A stretch of DNA of 64,000 bases from IMG/VR virus record IMGVR_UViG_3300024308_000188, positions 1 through 64,000 of that record; one strand, 5' to 3'. Positions 8,836 through 18,872 of this stretch are shown here, one piece after another (within the stretch, counting starts at the first letter, position 1; each line of letters opens with the position of its first letter). The position numbers and the translations under genes were made by a program. Below the pieces are notes generated by a model. The model was not told the DNA's origin. It saw only the letters and a list, made by a program, of their open reading frames with translations, and ran no database searches.

Positions 8836-11631
8836 CTAAGGGAAAACCTTAGAATGGCCGTTAAATGTGTAAAGTTCTTTTACTTGAGTAATAGTACGAT
8901 CTTTACCACGAACAGTACGCACACCAATCGTTCCATCTGGAATGCTATAGTCAACAGCTTCAACCGAAACAAAAGTGCCGGTTCCTGTTTTAATCGCATA
9001 GATAGGAACATTCAAAACTAATTCGCTGCTATAACGGAAATCTTTAGCAGATGTCATGGCATCGATTTTGTTTTGAATTTTAGCAACAGCTTCTTCTGTT
9101 TTGCGCTCAAGATTAGTCAGTTCAAATTCATATTCCTGATCTAAACTTTGTAAAGCTGTTTGATGACGCACTAAATCTTTTGCAGCACGAGCAGAACCTG
9201 CTGGATTTACTGTACGTTGGTTTGCAATAGTTTTAGCACGGATGATACTGTTCTTTAAGGTAGTGCGTTGTGTTTCAAACTTATCCTTCAAGATACTTGC
9301 ATCGGCAGCCGCATTCTTACGTAAAGCACTCATTTGTTCACTAAGTTTTATCAACTCAGATTCGGCCAGACTTTTCTTGGCAACACCTTGTTTATTTTCA
9401 AGAATGTTCTGCACAAGCTTATGAAGCTTACGACTACGCGCAATATCAACATCAGGACGACGAGCAAGATTCAGTTTAATAACAACAAACAATACACCAG
9501 ATCCATTTTGTGAAGTTTTAGTATGCTTTACAATAGATTTAAGTGCTGGCCCATAAACTCTGGCTAACCGACCTTGTATCTCTTCAGCTTCGTGTTGATA
9601 AAGCGGGTTGTCGTTTTGAGCAGCAAGTACCAACATGAAATCATCGTTCGATGGATCATTAGATACAATACCAAAGCTAGGGTCTTGTGCAGCTAACTTG
9701 TTGTCAATATTAATCGACGACTTACCTGTTATCTGCGTGATTCTGAAAGCTTTAGTAAAGTGTCCGGCCAGAATAGCTTGCTTAACTTCAGAAAGCACGG
9801 CAAAACTGTTGCCGTAATACAAAGGTTCTTTGCGTTTGAACTTTCCTGAATTTGGTTGCTCTGGACGTTCTTTAAAATGCTCTATGTTTATTCCGGCTTC
9901 CAACTTTTCATGCTTTTGTGTAGCAAGAATTCTTTGTGCAACTTGTGTATGCAAACGCATTTTTCCAGAAGTACCTAACAATGAGCGTACCCAAGGTAAA
10001 CTTGTTTTAACCTTCATCACATAAGAAACTGGAATACCATTTTTAGTACGGCGCATTGCATCAAGCAGTTCATCTTCTAAATCTTCTTTATCATCATCCA
10101 TGAACACATCAAAGTCATCAGCAAATGCAGAAGATTGAAAGAAACCAACATAAGTTGTATCACGGCTCAAAGCTTCTTCTTGAGACACACGACTTAAATC
10201 AATTTTGCCGTCACCAGTGATAACAGAATTCTTTAACTTAGGTTCCACTTTTTTCTTAGCTGCTTCTAACTCAGCAATTTTCTGTTTTTCTTTTGGTGTC
10301 AATGGACGATCAGTAGAAAGTTTTGGAATTGGTACTTCTTTACGTTGAATAACCTGACCTTCAACTTTACCACGGAATGGTTTACAAACTTTTAAAACCG
10401 ATTCCATTTCTTTCGCACTTAATTTGAATTTTATGTTGCGATTATCTTCAAACACAACATAAAATTCACCACCACGAATCGCACGATAACCAAACACTTC
10501 ATTCATGTCCAAAGACATTTCGTGCTGACGATGATGATTATTGAAGTGACGGCTTCGCCCATTCGGTGGACTGTAACGCATCCAAATATAATCGTGAACA
10601 GTGTCAGAACTTTGTGAACGCAAATCACTGCTCGTTACATAAAGAGTAGGTGGATTTGGGTGGCCTTGTTGAATGTGCTCACCACTAATTTTTGAACGAT
10701 TCATTTGAGGCTTCGTTGGAATAGTTGGTTTTGCGTCAGTCGGTACACCATGCTGTATATGATCACCGCTTTGACGACGATTGTTGAACACACTTTTGTT
10801 TGAATCTACGTTATGCTGTTTGTGTTCGCCACTTATCTTTCCGTGGTCAGAATGGTATGGGCCACCAACAGTACGAACTTGAACAGGTTGTGGTGCAGAT
10901 TTTTGTTCAAACAAAGAAACTAAATCGCCAAACATTTCCTTAAACACTTCATTTTGCTCAGGAGTTGGCAGGTTATCACGAATAAGGTTTTCAAATTCTT
11001 CAGGAGTTTCACCGCGACGTTCACGTAACGCCTGAAGTTTTAATTCCATTGGAGTAGATTCTTCTTGATCGCAAATTTCTTTTAGCTCAGGATCAACAGT
11101 ATGTTTTTCTGTTGCTATTGGATTCTGCAAGCGAGTGGCAACGGTTTCAAGAATACGAGTCATACTTGGGCTGGTTAAAAACCGCTGAGCAAATAACTTG
11201 TCAACATTAAACTCAGATTCGATACTAATGTTGAACTCGCCAATCATTTTGCTAAATTCGGCAGCATCTTCACGGCATCTGTGAATTGAAAGTCCGTGCA
11301 TAGACCATTGAACCCAAGACTCCAAAAAGCGAGAATAACCAACAGAGCAGACTACATCTTCAGCACAAGCTAACTCAGGTTCAATAACATCAAGCAGTTG
11401 TAATGCTGCAATCACAGGTTTTGTCCCAATGTAATTGCGATCAATAGTGTAGTAAACACCAGTTTCTTCACAGTACATATAATTGTCTCTGTGATGTAGT
11501 TTTGGAATACCCTCTATTTTGCAGGTAGATCCGCCAACCAGTGCATTTGTAGAACCGCAACCAACTGAACAAGTGGCTACCATACCTAAAGACTGCAAAC
11601 GATCTATTTTCTTTTGAATGTGTGGAAACAT
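8836..11631 (-). CDS. Large multidomain protein (931 aa), probable virion/head component
   Basis: Three SG[ED]H repeats, one copy of the shared D[YF]xW...[DE][VI]FG[YIV]R domain, C-terminal coiled coil. Confidence 0.7.
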   Translation of the reverse strand: MFPHIQKKIDRLQSLGMVATCSVGCGSTNALVGGSTCKIEGIPKLHHRDNYMYCEETGVYYTIDRNYIGTKPVIAALQLLDVIEPELACAEDVVCSVGYSRFLESWVQWSMHGLSIHRCREDAAEFSKMIGEFNISIESEFNVDKLFAQRFLTSPSMTRILETVATRLQNPIATEKHTVDPELKEICDQEESTPMELKLQALRERRGETPEEFENLIRDNLPTPEQNEVFKEMFGDLVSLFEQKSAPQPVQVRTVGGPYHSDHGKISGEHKQHNVDSNKSVFNNRRQSGDHIQHGVPTDAKPTIPTKPQMNRSKISGEHIQQGHPNPPTLYVTSSDLRSQSSDTVHDYIWMRYSPPNGRSRHFNNHHRQHEMSLDMNEVFGYRAIRGGEFYVVFEDNRNIKFKLSAKEMESVLKVCKPFRGKVEGQVIQRKEVPIPKLSTDRPLTPKEKQKIAELEAAKKKVEPKLKNSVITGDGKIDLSRVSQEEALSRDTTYVGFFQSSAFADDFDVFMDDDKEDLEDELLDAMRRTKNGIPVSYVMKVKTSLPWVRSLLGTSGKMRLHTQVAQRILATQKHEKLEAGINIEHFKERPEQPNSGKFKRKEPLYYGNSFAVLSEVKQAILAGHFTKAFRITQITGKSSINIDNKLAAQDPSFGIVSNDPSNDDFMLVLAAQNDNPLYQHEAEEIQGRLARVYGPALKSIVKHTKTSQNGSGVLFVVIKLNLARRPDVDIARSRKLHKLVQNILENKQGVAKKSLAESELIKLSEQMSALRKNAAADASILKDKFETQRTTLKNSIIRAKTIANQRTVNPAGSARAAKDLVRHQTALQSLDQEYEFELTNLERKTEEAVAKIQNKIDAMTSAKDFRYSSELVLNVPIYAIKTGTGTFVSVEAVDYSIPDGTIGVRTVRGKDRTITQVKELYTFNGHSKVFP

Positions 11632-11640
11632 GGCTATCCC

Positions 11641-12189
11641 TTAATCTATCCAAATTTGATCTTTAGGCATTTCTAAGACATTTCCTTTGGAACCATCTTC
11701 GTTCAATACCATGACTCGACATTTCTCGCTGAGCGGCAGAATATAAAGCAAAATACCCTTCTTCTTTTGACCAGCTGGCCCGTATGTAACAGGTAGGTGC
11801 AAGTTATCTTGCTCACGACCACGAACAGCAATACGAATATTCAAAGAATGTACGCCTTCGTAATCTTTAATGATTTCACCTATCCATTTACGTGCGGCCA
11901 ATACTTGTTCATCAGCAACTTTTAAAATACTGCAATTGCCAAAGAACATTAGCAGACCTTGCTTTAAATCTTTCGTATCTAATTGAGTTTCTGGAAGATT
12001 AGGGCCAGCTGAACTCACAAGATAATTCTTTTGTCCCATCTTAGCAAAGTTTGCAGTAGCATTTTTCATTTTATTTGTCCAACTTACTGCATACATATTT
12101 CTGTCAGCACGTTGTACTTTAAGATGCAGAGGCCCGAACGACTGCTCAATACGAATAGCCTTACTGGATAGACTAATTAATATTCTCAT
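11641..12189 (-). CDS. Hypothetical protein with S-x-S leader
   Basis: N-terminus MRILI-SLS-SK. Confidence 0.65.
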   Translation of the reverse strand: MRILISLSSKAIRIEQSFGPLHLKVQRADRNMYAVSWTNKMKNATANFAKMGQKNYLVSSAGPNLPETQLDTKDLKQGLLMFFGNCSILKVADEQVLAARKWIGEIIKDYEGVHSLNIRIAVRGREQDNLHLPVTYGPAGQKKKGILLYILPLSEKCRVMVLNEDGSKGNVLEMPKDQIWID

Positions 12190-12578
12190 TTCTCAACCTT
12201 TTTAATCATTAGAGTAAACACGTACTCGTAAGTTTCGGCATCCGTGGAATCGTCGAAGCCTTGAATAAAAACCATTACCTCAAATACGCTCTCTTTTGGA
12301 AATTTTTCTGAAACAGCATCGAGCGTATTAAATATCTCACCTAAAGGTTTTGGCTTACCTTGTGTAGCAAAAACTGTAGCTGACTTCTTGACAAGTTTTT
12401 CTATTTGTGCATTTTTATTTGGAAGAACAGGCACAAATCTCAGTGCTTTAGATTTTAAACCTTTGAGAACAGAATTGGGTTTAACTTCGTCAAGAAATTT
12501 CACAGCAATAATACTTAAATTTGTTTTGTTTCTTGTCCAATCGGATAGAAACTTATTAGCGTCAAGATCTATTCGCAT
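12186..12578 (-). CDS. Hypothetical protein
   Basis: 130 aa ORF overlapping both neighbours. Confidence 0.6.
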   Translation of the reverse strand: MRIDLDANKFLSDWTRNKTNLSIIAVKFLDEVKPNSVLKGLKSKALRFVPVLPNKNAQIEKLVKKSATVFATQGKPKPLGEIFNTLDAVSEKFPKESVFEVMVFIQGFDDSTDAETYEYVFTLMIKKVEK

Positions 12579-13216
12579 ATCCCACCCGTAATAAACTTAG
12601 CATCTAGCAAAGGATAGTTAATGTATTTCTTGAATCCACACCTTGGATTAGCTGCAAAATAAATCGTGCGTTCGCTTTTTGGCATGGTGAGAAATTCAAG
12701 AAGATTAACTTCTCTATGTGGAGTCTGAACAGATCGCAGATTAAAACGCATTGATCTATCAGCAGTGGCTTTGCAGAATCCGCCACGCCAAGCCATTTTG
12801 GTAATGACCCAACGCTTTAAGCTTCCATCTACTTTTCTGTGTTTTGCATTTTGCTTGATAATGACATTACCGCCATCAGTAACAACCATTAAACCTACAC
12901 CATGCGCTTTTAATCGCTGCTTGATATAAGCTCCATGTTTGCTTTCAAACAATTCAATAGATATAGCAAAATACATCTTATTTGCGAATGGTAAGTAAGA
13001 TTCCCATTTTGTATCGCTAGTAAAATCGGCCCAACAACTTTTAACCTCAACAATAACTGTTTGCCCTCTAACAGTTAAGCCAAGTATGTCGGCTCTTAAT
13101 TTGCTATATTTATTGTCAGATTTTAATCCAACTTCGTCATAGACAGAATACAGCTTATCCACAAGATAATAAGTTGCGGCCCGTTTAAGCCGCAATGTAT
13201 CATTTTTTCTTGTCAT
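12569..13216 (-). CDS. MmcB-like PD-(D/E)xK nuclease
   Basis: LRADILGL...IVEVKSCWADFTSDTKWESYLPFANKMYFA. Confidence 0.78.
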   Translation of the reverse strand: MTRKNDTLRLKRAATYYLVDKLYSVYDEVGLKSDNKYSKLRADILGLTVRGQTVIVEVKSCWADFTSDTKWESYLPFANKMYFAISIELFESKHGAYIKQRLKAHGVGLMVVTDGGNVIIKQNAKHRKVDGSLKRWVITKMAWRGGFCKATADRSMRFNLRSVQTPHREVNLLEFLTMPKSERTIYFAANPRCGFKKYINYPLLDAKFITGGICE

Positions 13217-13217
13217 A

Positions 13218-13673
13218 TTAATCGTCTACTAATTCTTCGCTGTATTCATTAGTGAGGATTAAAGTAATTTGCTTACTATTCTCCAAATATTTTTTCAGGT
13301 CAATCAGATAACCTTCAACATCGTCACCGTAAGCAAGTGAAATGTGTGGTTTAAAATCTGGATAGCTATGTTCAAGCCCTTTCGTTTTAGCATAGTTAAA
13401 CCGTCTTTCTAAGGCAGGGCAATGAAGCTTTAAAACTATAGCTCTCCAAGGAGAACCTACATCACCCATAACATCGCAACCAACTACTTCAGCCGAATAT
13501 CGAACATTCGGACTAGGTACATAATCTGTACCCTGTTTTTCTTTGCTGTACATAAGTGTACAATGCAATTTTTCTTTGGGAATCGGATTTGCAAATTTAA
13601 TTGCACGTTGAATCTTTTGAATATCTGTGACAGCAAAAGCATCAGGTTTAACAGCTAGGTAAGTTCCGACCAT
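13218..13673 (-). CDS. acb1: Anti-CBASS 2H phosphoesterase Acb1 (T4 gp57B family)
   Basis: GTYLAVK, NPIPKEKLHCTLMYSK and HSYPDFKPHISLAY give two HxT/S motifs matching T4 57B. Start moved to the ATG at 13673 after GGAGG. Confidence 0.85.
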   Translation of the reverse strand: MVGTYLAVKPDAFAVTDIQKIQRAIKFANPIPKEKLHCTLMYSKEKQGTDYVPSPNVRYSAEVVGCDVMGDVGSPWRAIVLKLHCPALERRFNYAKTKGLEHSYPDFKPHISLAYGDDVEGYLIDLKKYLENSKQITLILTNEYSEELVDD

Positions 13674-14640
13674 GATAGCCTCCAAATTCTTGTAGTAATG
13701 GTTTTAATGGATGTCGTGACGTTTCTCTGTAAATTGCATCACGATCATAGGCAGAAATGCCAAAGTTTTTGAAATTAAGATTCACGCTGTTGCACAGAGC
13801 TTTCGGATCAGAAGCCATTACATAAGGCTTTCCGTTTCTTACTACAATGCGTTGGCCATGCTCGTTAAGAATCCAAACAATGTTCCAATCATTCATGGAT
13901 CTATCTTGTCTAATAAAATTCCCGACATAATATCTGTCAGAATTTTTATCGAAGTTTGTATGTAAATACAAAGCCTCTAAGACATTTTCAATTTCTCTGG
14001 CGTTACTCAATCCCCAATATCCTGCCCACTGTGGAAAGTCTACGTGTTTACCGCAGCAGTGTGCTATTGCTCTACGCACAACATTTTGACTGTCGGTATA
14101 TTTAATTTCATTTACATACTGATCTACGTAATGATGACAAATGAATTCAGGATTGCACAAATAACTGCGAAGAGTTGTGTAGTCAATTTCTGATAAAACT
14201 CTTTGAGTGAAAACATAAGTTTCTTGAGTTTTCCTATCAACAGACTCATAACTTATTTGTTTACGCTGAGAATCATAAAGTTCATCAACTCTGGTTTTAT
14301 TACGCGCATCAAAAGCGAAAGGATATAAATGAGGGAAATTTTTATCAGCTGACCAAGTATCAACAACACATATTTCAGGGAATTTAGGTTCACCTATAAA
14401 CAATAAAATTTGTGTTGCAGATAATAAATTCCTACGTAACCATTCGACGCCTTGCTCAAACTTTTGAGCATCAGCCGGATATTCTTCATCCACCATTTCA
14501 AGAGAATCGCCTGTTATTCCTTTGCAAACTTTTTTCAGTGCTTGCAGAATCTCAGGTGAATATTGATTACGGTTTTTGGAAAGTTGCTGATCTAATTTAT
14601 CGAATTCAGCGCCGTATATGGAACGTAATGACATAATCAA
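13648..14640 (-). CDS. Hypothetical protein
   Basis: 330 aa ORF, no recognised motif. Confidence 0.6.
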   Translation of the reverse strand: MIMSLRSIYGAEFDKLDQQLSKNRNQYSPEILQALKKVCKGITGDSLEMVDEEYPADAQKFEQGVEWLRRNLLSATQILLFIGEPKFPEICVVDTWSADKNFPHLYPFAFDARNKTRVDELYDSQRKQISYESVDRKTQETYVFTQRVLSEIDYTTLRSYLCNPEFICHHYVDQYVNEIKYTDSQNVVRRAIAHCCGKHVDFPQWAGYWGLSNAREIENVLEALYLHTNFDKNSDRYYVGNFIRQDRSMNDWNIVWILNEHGQRIVVRNGKPYVMASDPKALCNSVNLNFKNFGISAYDRDAIYRETSRHPLKPLLQEFGGYHGRNLPSC

Positions 14641-15062
14641 GCCTTCTCAATTCGTGACATAATAGCTTTGTGAGTATAGGAAACGTAAGTAAAATACTCA
14701 GCCTTTATATCTGTTTTCCCTGCACGATAAATAATGCTAGAATTTTGATCGTAAATTTGAGTACGTCTGAATTTCTCAGCAGGATCATAAAGAATTTGAG
14801 TACCAAGAACAATGATTGCTCTTATGTTATCGCCAGATTCTGTTTCCAGCACAACAAGCTTTGTTTTTGCGTCATTAATATTTTGCATTTCAATGACGCA
14901 AAGTGCAAGCGCTTTAACTCGTGAGTCACGTTCACTGGCTAAGAGTCTGCGATCTTTAATTAAGAGAACAGCGCGTGTAAGTAAAGATGAAATATCAAGC
15001 GAACGAGGTTCAACACTACTAATGGAAAGAAAGCGTTTTAATGGTATTAGAATATTCATCAT
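14637..15062 (-). CDS. Hypothetical protein with extended S-x-S leader
   Basis: MMNILIPLKRFL-SIS-SV, RBS GGAG. Confidence 0.6.
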   Translation of the reverse strand: MMNILIPLKRFLSISSVEPRSLDISSLLTRAVLLIKDRRLLASERDSRVKALALCVIEMQNINDAKTKLVVLETESGDNIRAIIVLGTQILYDPAEKFRRTQIYDQNSSIIYRAGKTDIKAEYFTYVSYTHKAIMSRIEKA

Positions 15063-15115
15063 GTCTCCAAAAACGGATTTGGGGCCACAGATTAATGCAG
15101 CCCCACATTTACAAC

Positions 15116-15991
15116 TTATTCCAGTTCATCTTCTGTGTAAGCTTCAGCAGCAGCTTTTTTAGCTGTGTTGAAGTTAGTCATAGTGCTCAAGCCTACAGTC
15201 ATTACTTTGCCACTTGGCAATTTAACATACAACGTCTGGCCTGAAATAGATTTACCTAACACGATGTTAGAAGTTTTGATACCGGCTTCTGTCAGCATCT
15301 TGACAACTTCTTTCGCCAGAAGGCCATATTCTTTTGCTTTGGCTGCGCGATTTTTATCCGCAACTTTTCCAGCAGCTTCTTTAGTCGCAGGAACTTTTTT
15401 GATGTGACTGTTAAGTGCAGAAGCAGCAGCTTTCATTTTCTTTTCCAGCGCGGCAGACAAAACGCCGTTAGCATAAATAGGAAGAATTTGAGTTGCTGTC
15501 TCAGTCATTTTGCTACGCAAAGAAACTGCGATTGCCCGTTTCTTCATGTAATTTGGTTCTTTGGCTTTAGCGCGAGCCGCACTATACTGCATGGCTTTGC
15601 TACGTTTCGGAACAGTGTAATATCCCATTGGTGCAGGAACAACACTTGATTTGCCAAAAGCGGCAACAGCTTTTTCAGCAGTGGCTTTATCTTCACACAA
15701 AAAGTTTAATGTGAACTTACCAGCTTCGCCTTCGATCTTAACTTTACCGTCAGCTGTATGCGGCTTGATAACAGCACTTAAGGTTACTGCCTCTTTACGC
15801 ATTTTAACCGGAGCAACAACACTCACGGAAAAACCATCACGCGATTTTTTGATGGTAGAGATTGGCTTCATGTTACGTAAATAAGATTCAATGTCTTTAC
15901 GTACAGCCAAAATGTTTGGCAGATTAGCCAAACCATCAGCAGCTAAATAAGTGTTACCTGCATTCAGACTTACCAAACTTTCGATTTTCAT
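15116..15991 (-). CDS. Basic Lys/Ala-rich protein with leader variant (putative internal head/DNA-binding protein)
   Basis: MKIESLV-SLN-AG, RBS AGGA, candidate promoter upstream. Confidence 0.65.
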   Translation of the reverse strand: MKIESLVSLNAGNTYLAADGLANLPNILAVRKDIESYLRNMKPISTIKKSRDGFSVSVVAPVKMRKEAVTLSAVIKPHTADGKVKIEGEAGKFTLNFLCEDKATAEKAVAAFGKSSVVPAPMGYYTVPKRSKAMQYSAARAKAKEPNYMKKRAIAVSLRSKMTETATQILPIYANGVLSAALEKKMKAAASALNSHIKKVPATKEAAGKVADKNRAAKAKEYGLLAKEVVKMLTEAGIKTSNIVLGKSISGQTLYVKLPSGKVMTVGLSTMTNFNTAKKAAAEAYTEDELE

Positions 15992-16042
15992 AGCAAATTC
16001 CTTGAATAAGATGCTGTTTTGAAGTTGATTAACTTACTCTAC

Positions 16043-16073
16043 TAAATTATAAAAATACAGCCCATAAATGCAA
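16043..16073 (-). promoter_or_regulatory. Candidate promoter (TTGCAT-16 nt-TATAAT, overlapping TAATTTA)
   Basis: Minus strand TTGCATttatgggctgtattttTATAATTTAgt upstream of 15991. Confidence 0.4.
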
Positions 16074-16099
16074 AGAGCAGCAATTAAGCTGCCTTTGGG

Positions 16100-16462
16100 T
16101 TATTGTTTAGGCAGTCTGTACATTTTATACGATGCCTTTATCAGTTTAGGATCTACAGGTTGAAATCCAAATCTTGTATAAAATTGTGTAAGTCTTTTAA
16201 GATTGCTTCCGAAGGCTGTGGATGGATTCAACACAATTATAAAACTGTGCTGATCCGCATACTCAGTTATACTACGCATTATCTTACTGCCGTACCCTAA
16301 GTTTCGCATTAAGATTGGCAGTATGATACTTTCTAACTCTAATGCCTTGTAAGCACGTTCGCAAAAAAGTACATCAGGTATTTCCAACAAACACAATTTT
16401 AACTCTGGATAAACTTTCTTAAGAACCAAACCAAATGTAAGTGGCGATACTGCATAGCTCAC
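16100..16462 (-). CDS. GNAT-family acetyltransferase
   Basis: MRNLGYGSKIM (motif A) and LTQFYTRFGF (motif B). Confidence 0.72.
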   Translation of the reverse strand: MSYAVSPLTFGLVLKKVYPELKLCLLEIPDVLFCERAYKALELESIILPILMRNLGYGSKIMRSITEYADQHSFIIVLNPSTAFGSNLKRLTQFYTRFGFQPVDPKLIKASYKMYRLPKQ

Positions 16463-16463
16463 T

Positions 16464-16817
16464 TTAAATTACCGCAGATTGAACAGGACAAATTTCTTTA
16501 AATTTGGCTTTCACAAGATTAGTATCAGCTTTAGTAAGCTCAAACTTTTCTAAAAGTTCTTCAAAGCAAAATCCATTAGCTGTTAAATCATCCATTTCAT
16601 ATTCGCTAATGATATTATTAGCGTACTCACCATCACAGTCAAACTCAACAACACCAAGTTTGTTACCGTATGCGCTTAAATTGATTCCTTTAGAATATCC
16701 TGAAAATGTTTTAGCGTATTGCAGTAAAGATAATCCTCGGAATCTCACACAATCATGTAAGGACTTATCTACAAGCAACAATAAATGACATGAACCAAGT
16801 TGAGTTCTGGTTTCCAT
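16464..16817 (-). CDS. Hypothetical protein
   Basis: 117 aa ORF, RBS AGGTG. Confidence 0.55.
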   Translation of the reverse strand: METRTQLGSCHLLLLVDKSLHDCVRFRGLSLLQYAKTFSGYSKGINLSAYGNKLGVVEFDCDGEYANNIISEYEMDDLTANGFCFEELLEKFELTKADTNLVKAKFKEICPVQSAVI

Positions 16818-16851
16818 GATAAGTCACCTACTTGTATTAGATAAGCTTAAA

Positions 16852-17238
16852 TTATATTGCGATGTATTTCCTTCTACGTAAATTAAATGTTTTGGCTGCG
16901 CTCAAAGATAATTCATCAAACTTTTTACGATGTTCGCCTGTTTTCCCTACCACAAGTAAATACGTTACTTCAGGTAATATGTCTGATTGTTTATCTTTCC
17001 ATGACATACCAGCAAATTTTGTGGATCTGAATTGACGAGTAACATGCTCAATGCTAGGGTCTTTTTTACATATTACTATGTGTCCTGCTCCCCACATAAG
17101 ATGCTCTTTTCTGAGCGCAGCATCAACAAGTCTTTCCAGTTCAGGCAAATCGTACTCAACAAAAGTGATTACACCGATTTTTACGTATTCACCCATAGGA
17201 ATAATCCTTTTACGATTTTTCTTTAAATCAAGTTTCAT
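16852..17238 (-). CDS. Hypothetical protein
   Basis: 128 aa ORF directly after the upstream stop codon. Confidence 0.55.
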   Translation of the reverse strand: MKLDLKKNRKRIIPMGEYVKIGVITFVEYDLPELERLVDAALRKEHLMWGAGHIVICKKDPSIEHVTRQFRSTKFAGMSWKDKQSDILPEVTYLLVVGKTGEHRKKFDELSLSAAKTFNLRRRKYIAI

Positions 17239-18057
17239 TTAACAGCCGCCACGATAAACATAAGGATCAAAAGTTGTAACCTCACCCTTACGTTTTAGTC
17301 TGCGTAAAAAAGTACAATTGGATAATTCTTCTAATTGTTCTTCTATTTCGTCTCGGTCACAGCTGAATAGATTATAAGATTTTACGTATTCCATGAATTC
17401 AGGTTGATCCAGCAAATGTAGTGCAGACAAACTGTTTAACAAAGGTTCATACTTGATTGCACCATCTACCACAAACTGCAAACTTGATGGAAAATATAAT
17501 TCAAGCTCTAAGCACAAAATTTGTTGGTGCGGCTCAAGATCCGTTTCATAAACGAAAGCATAGCGTTTTGTATTTACATCAGATCTTTCTGACGCAACTA
17601 CATTAAATTTCCCAAAAATTCGAGAAGAGTTGTTTAAATCTATTGAATCAGATTGTGAATGTTGTTCTTGCAAAATGGAATGTCCTTCAAGTGGAGCAAC
17701 ATAAATATCACTACAGTAAACTGCTTGTGATACGTACTGGTTTACTTTAAGATTATAGAAGCGTTGGTTACTGGCTGGTTTAAAACGTACTCTTCTTTTG
17801 AATTCGTCCAGAGTTAAATATCCGTATTTAATAAGGCCAGCAAACGCTTCCTCTAGCCAAGAAGCTGCGATAGAAAGTTCTTCTTTGGTTTCAGGGTTAA
17901 TAAAATCGATTAATATTGTTTCGTGTTGTGTTAAAGCCGGAACAAGCACACTTTGCCTGAAGTATTCAGCAGTGTTTTCTTTTACATAAGGAATACCTAT
18001 GTGCTTACCTTCAGGAGTATTCGTGGTGTCATAAATTTTGATTTCAACTTCTGACAT
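17239..18057 (-). CDS. STAS-like (DUF4325-type) N-terminal domain fused to an unknown domain
   Basis: AEYFRQSVLVPAL...ILIDF...ASWLEEAFAGLI. Confidence 0.6.
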   Translation of the reverse strand: MSEVEIKIYDTTNTPEGKHIGIPYVKENTAEYFRQSVLVPALTQHETILIDFINPETKEELSIAASWLEEAFAGLIKYGYLTLDEFKRRVRFKPASNQRFYNLKVNQYVSQAVYCSDIYVAPLEGHSILQEQHSQSDSIDLNNSSRIFGKFNVVASERSDVNTKRYAFVYETDLEPHQQILCLELELYFPSSLQFVVDGAIKYEPLLNSLSALHLLDQPEFMEYVKSYNLFSCDRDEIEEQLEELSNCTFLRRLKRKGEVTTFDPYVYRGGC

Positions 18058-18068
18058 TTTAACATTCC

Positions 18069-18872
18069 TTACGCTAAATCGATTCGAGTACCATTGATTT
18101 TATAGGTAGAGCTTGTAGTGTAATCGACGCTTCCTTTAACTTGGATTACTTGCTTTCCACCTATTTTCATTTCATGATCGCCCTTTATGTCTTGTGTGAA
18201 ATCACCTTCGACGATAACGTGCATATTACCGCTGTCTTTTTTACGGAAACCAGCAAACGGAACACGACCTTTTTGTTGCTTACCAAGGCTATCAAGAATT
18301 GAACTTACGTTATCTTTTAAATACTGAGGAATCGCATTTACATCTTTTGCTACATGCAGCTGATGATTACCTATAACTGTTTGGCGAAGATCTCCAAAAA
18401 CAGTAACATGGTGATCACCAGGAAAATTTACAAAAGTTTCTCTGGTTCTTTCATCTATTACAAAATAGTGGCCGCTTGGAAGCACGTAACCTAGACGATC
18501 AGGATAATTAACTTCAAATTCTTCGGCCAATGTAGTGCTGTTAAAGGGAACTCTTGTTGAATAAGATCCTAAGTGCGGATCTCCATCATGTTTATAACTA
18601 ACGGAAACCCAAGAACCACGAACTGGAGTTCCCCAAACACAAGCTGTATGTCCCAACACACCGCCCATTAGACCGCGAGGATGAATATTATCTTCAGGTA
18701 TTAACCAAGGAAGTTCATCATCCTTTATTGCGTCCTGTAAAATTGGAATACGTGCGCGTATTCTAAAAAGTCTATCAGGATCATTATTGTCAACGACGAT
18801 TGCATTATAAGGAATTTTAGGATCAAGTCCTTTACGTTCCAACTCACGGAGCAAATTAATTGTTGGTTTCAT
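18069..18872 (-). CDS. Baseplate central spike (gp5/gpV/VgrG OB-fold plus beta-helix)
   Basis: VVDNNDPDRLFRIRARIP...LPW...PVRGSWVSV, then VxGD/GN beta-helix repeats and GTRIDL at the end. Confidence 0.85.
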   Translation of the reverse strand: MKPTINLLRELERKGLDPKIPYNAIVVDNNDPDRLFRIRARIPILQDAIKDDELPWLIPEDNIHPRGLMGGVLGHTACVWGTPVRGSWVSVSYKHDGDPHLGSYSTRVPFNSTTLAEEFEVNYPDRLGYVLPSGHYFVIDERTRETFVNFPGDHHVTVFGDLRQTVIGNHQLHVAKDVNAIPQYLKDNVSSILDSLGKQQKGRVPFAGFRKKDSGNMHVIVEGDFTQDIKGDHEMKIGGKQVIQVKGSVDYTTSSTYKINGTRIDLA

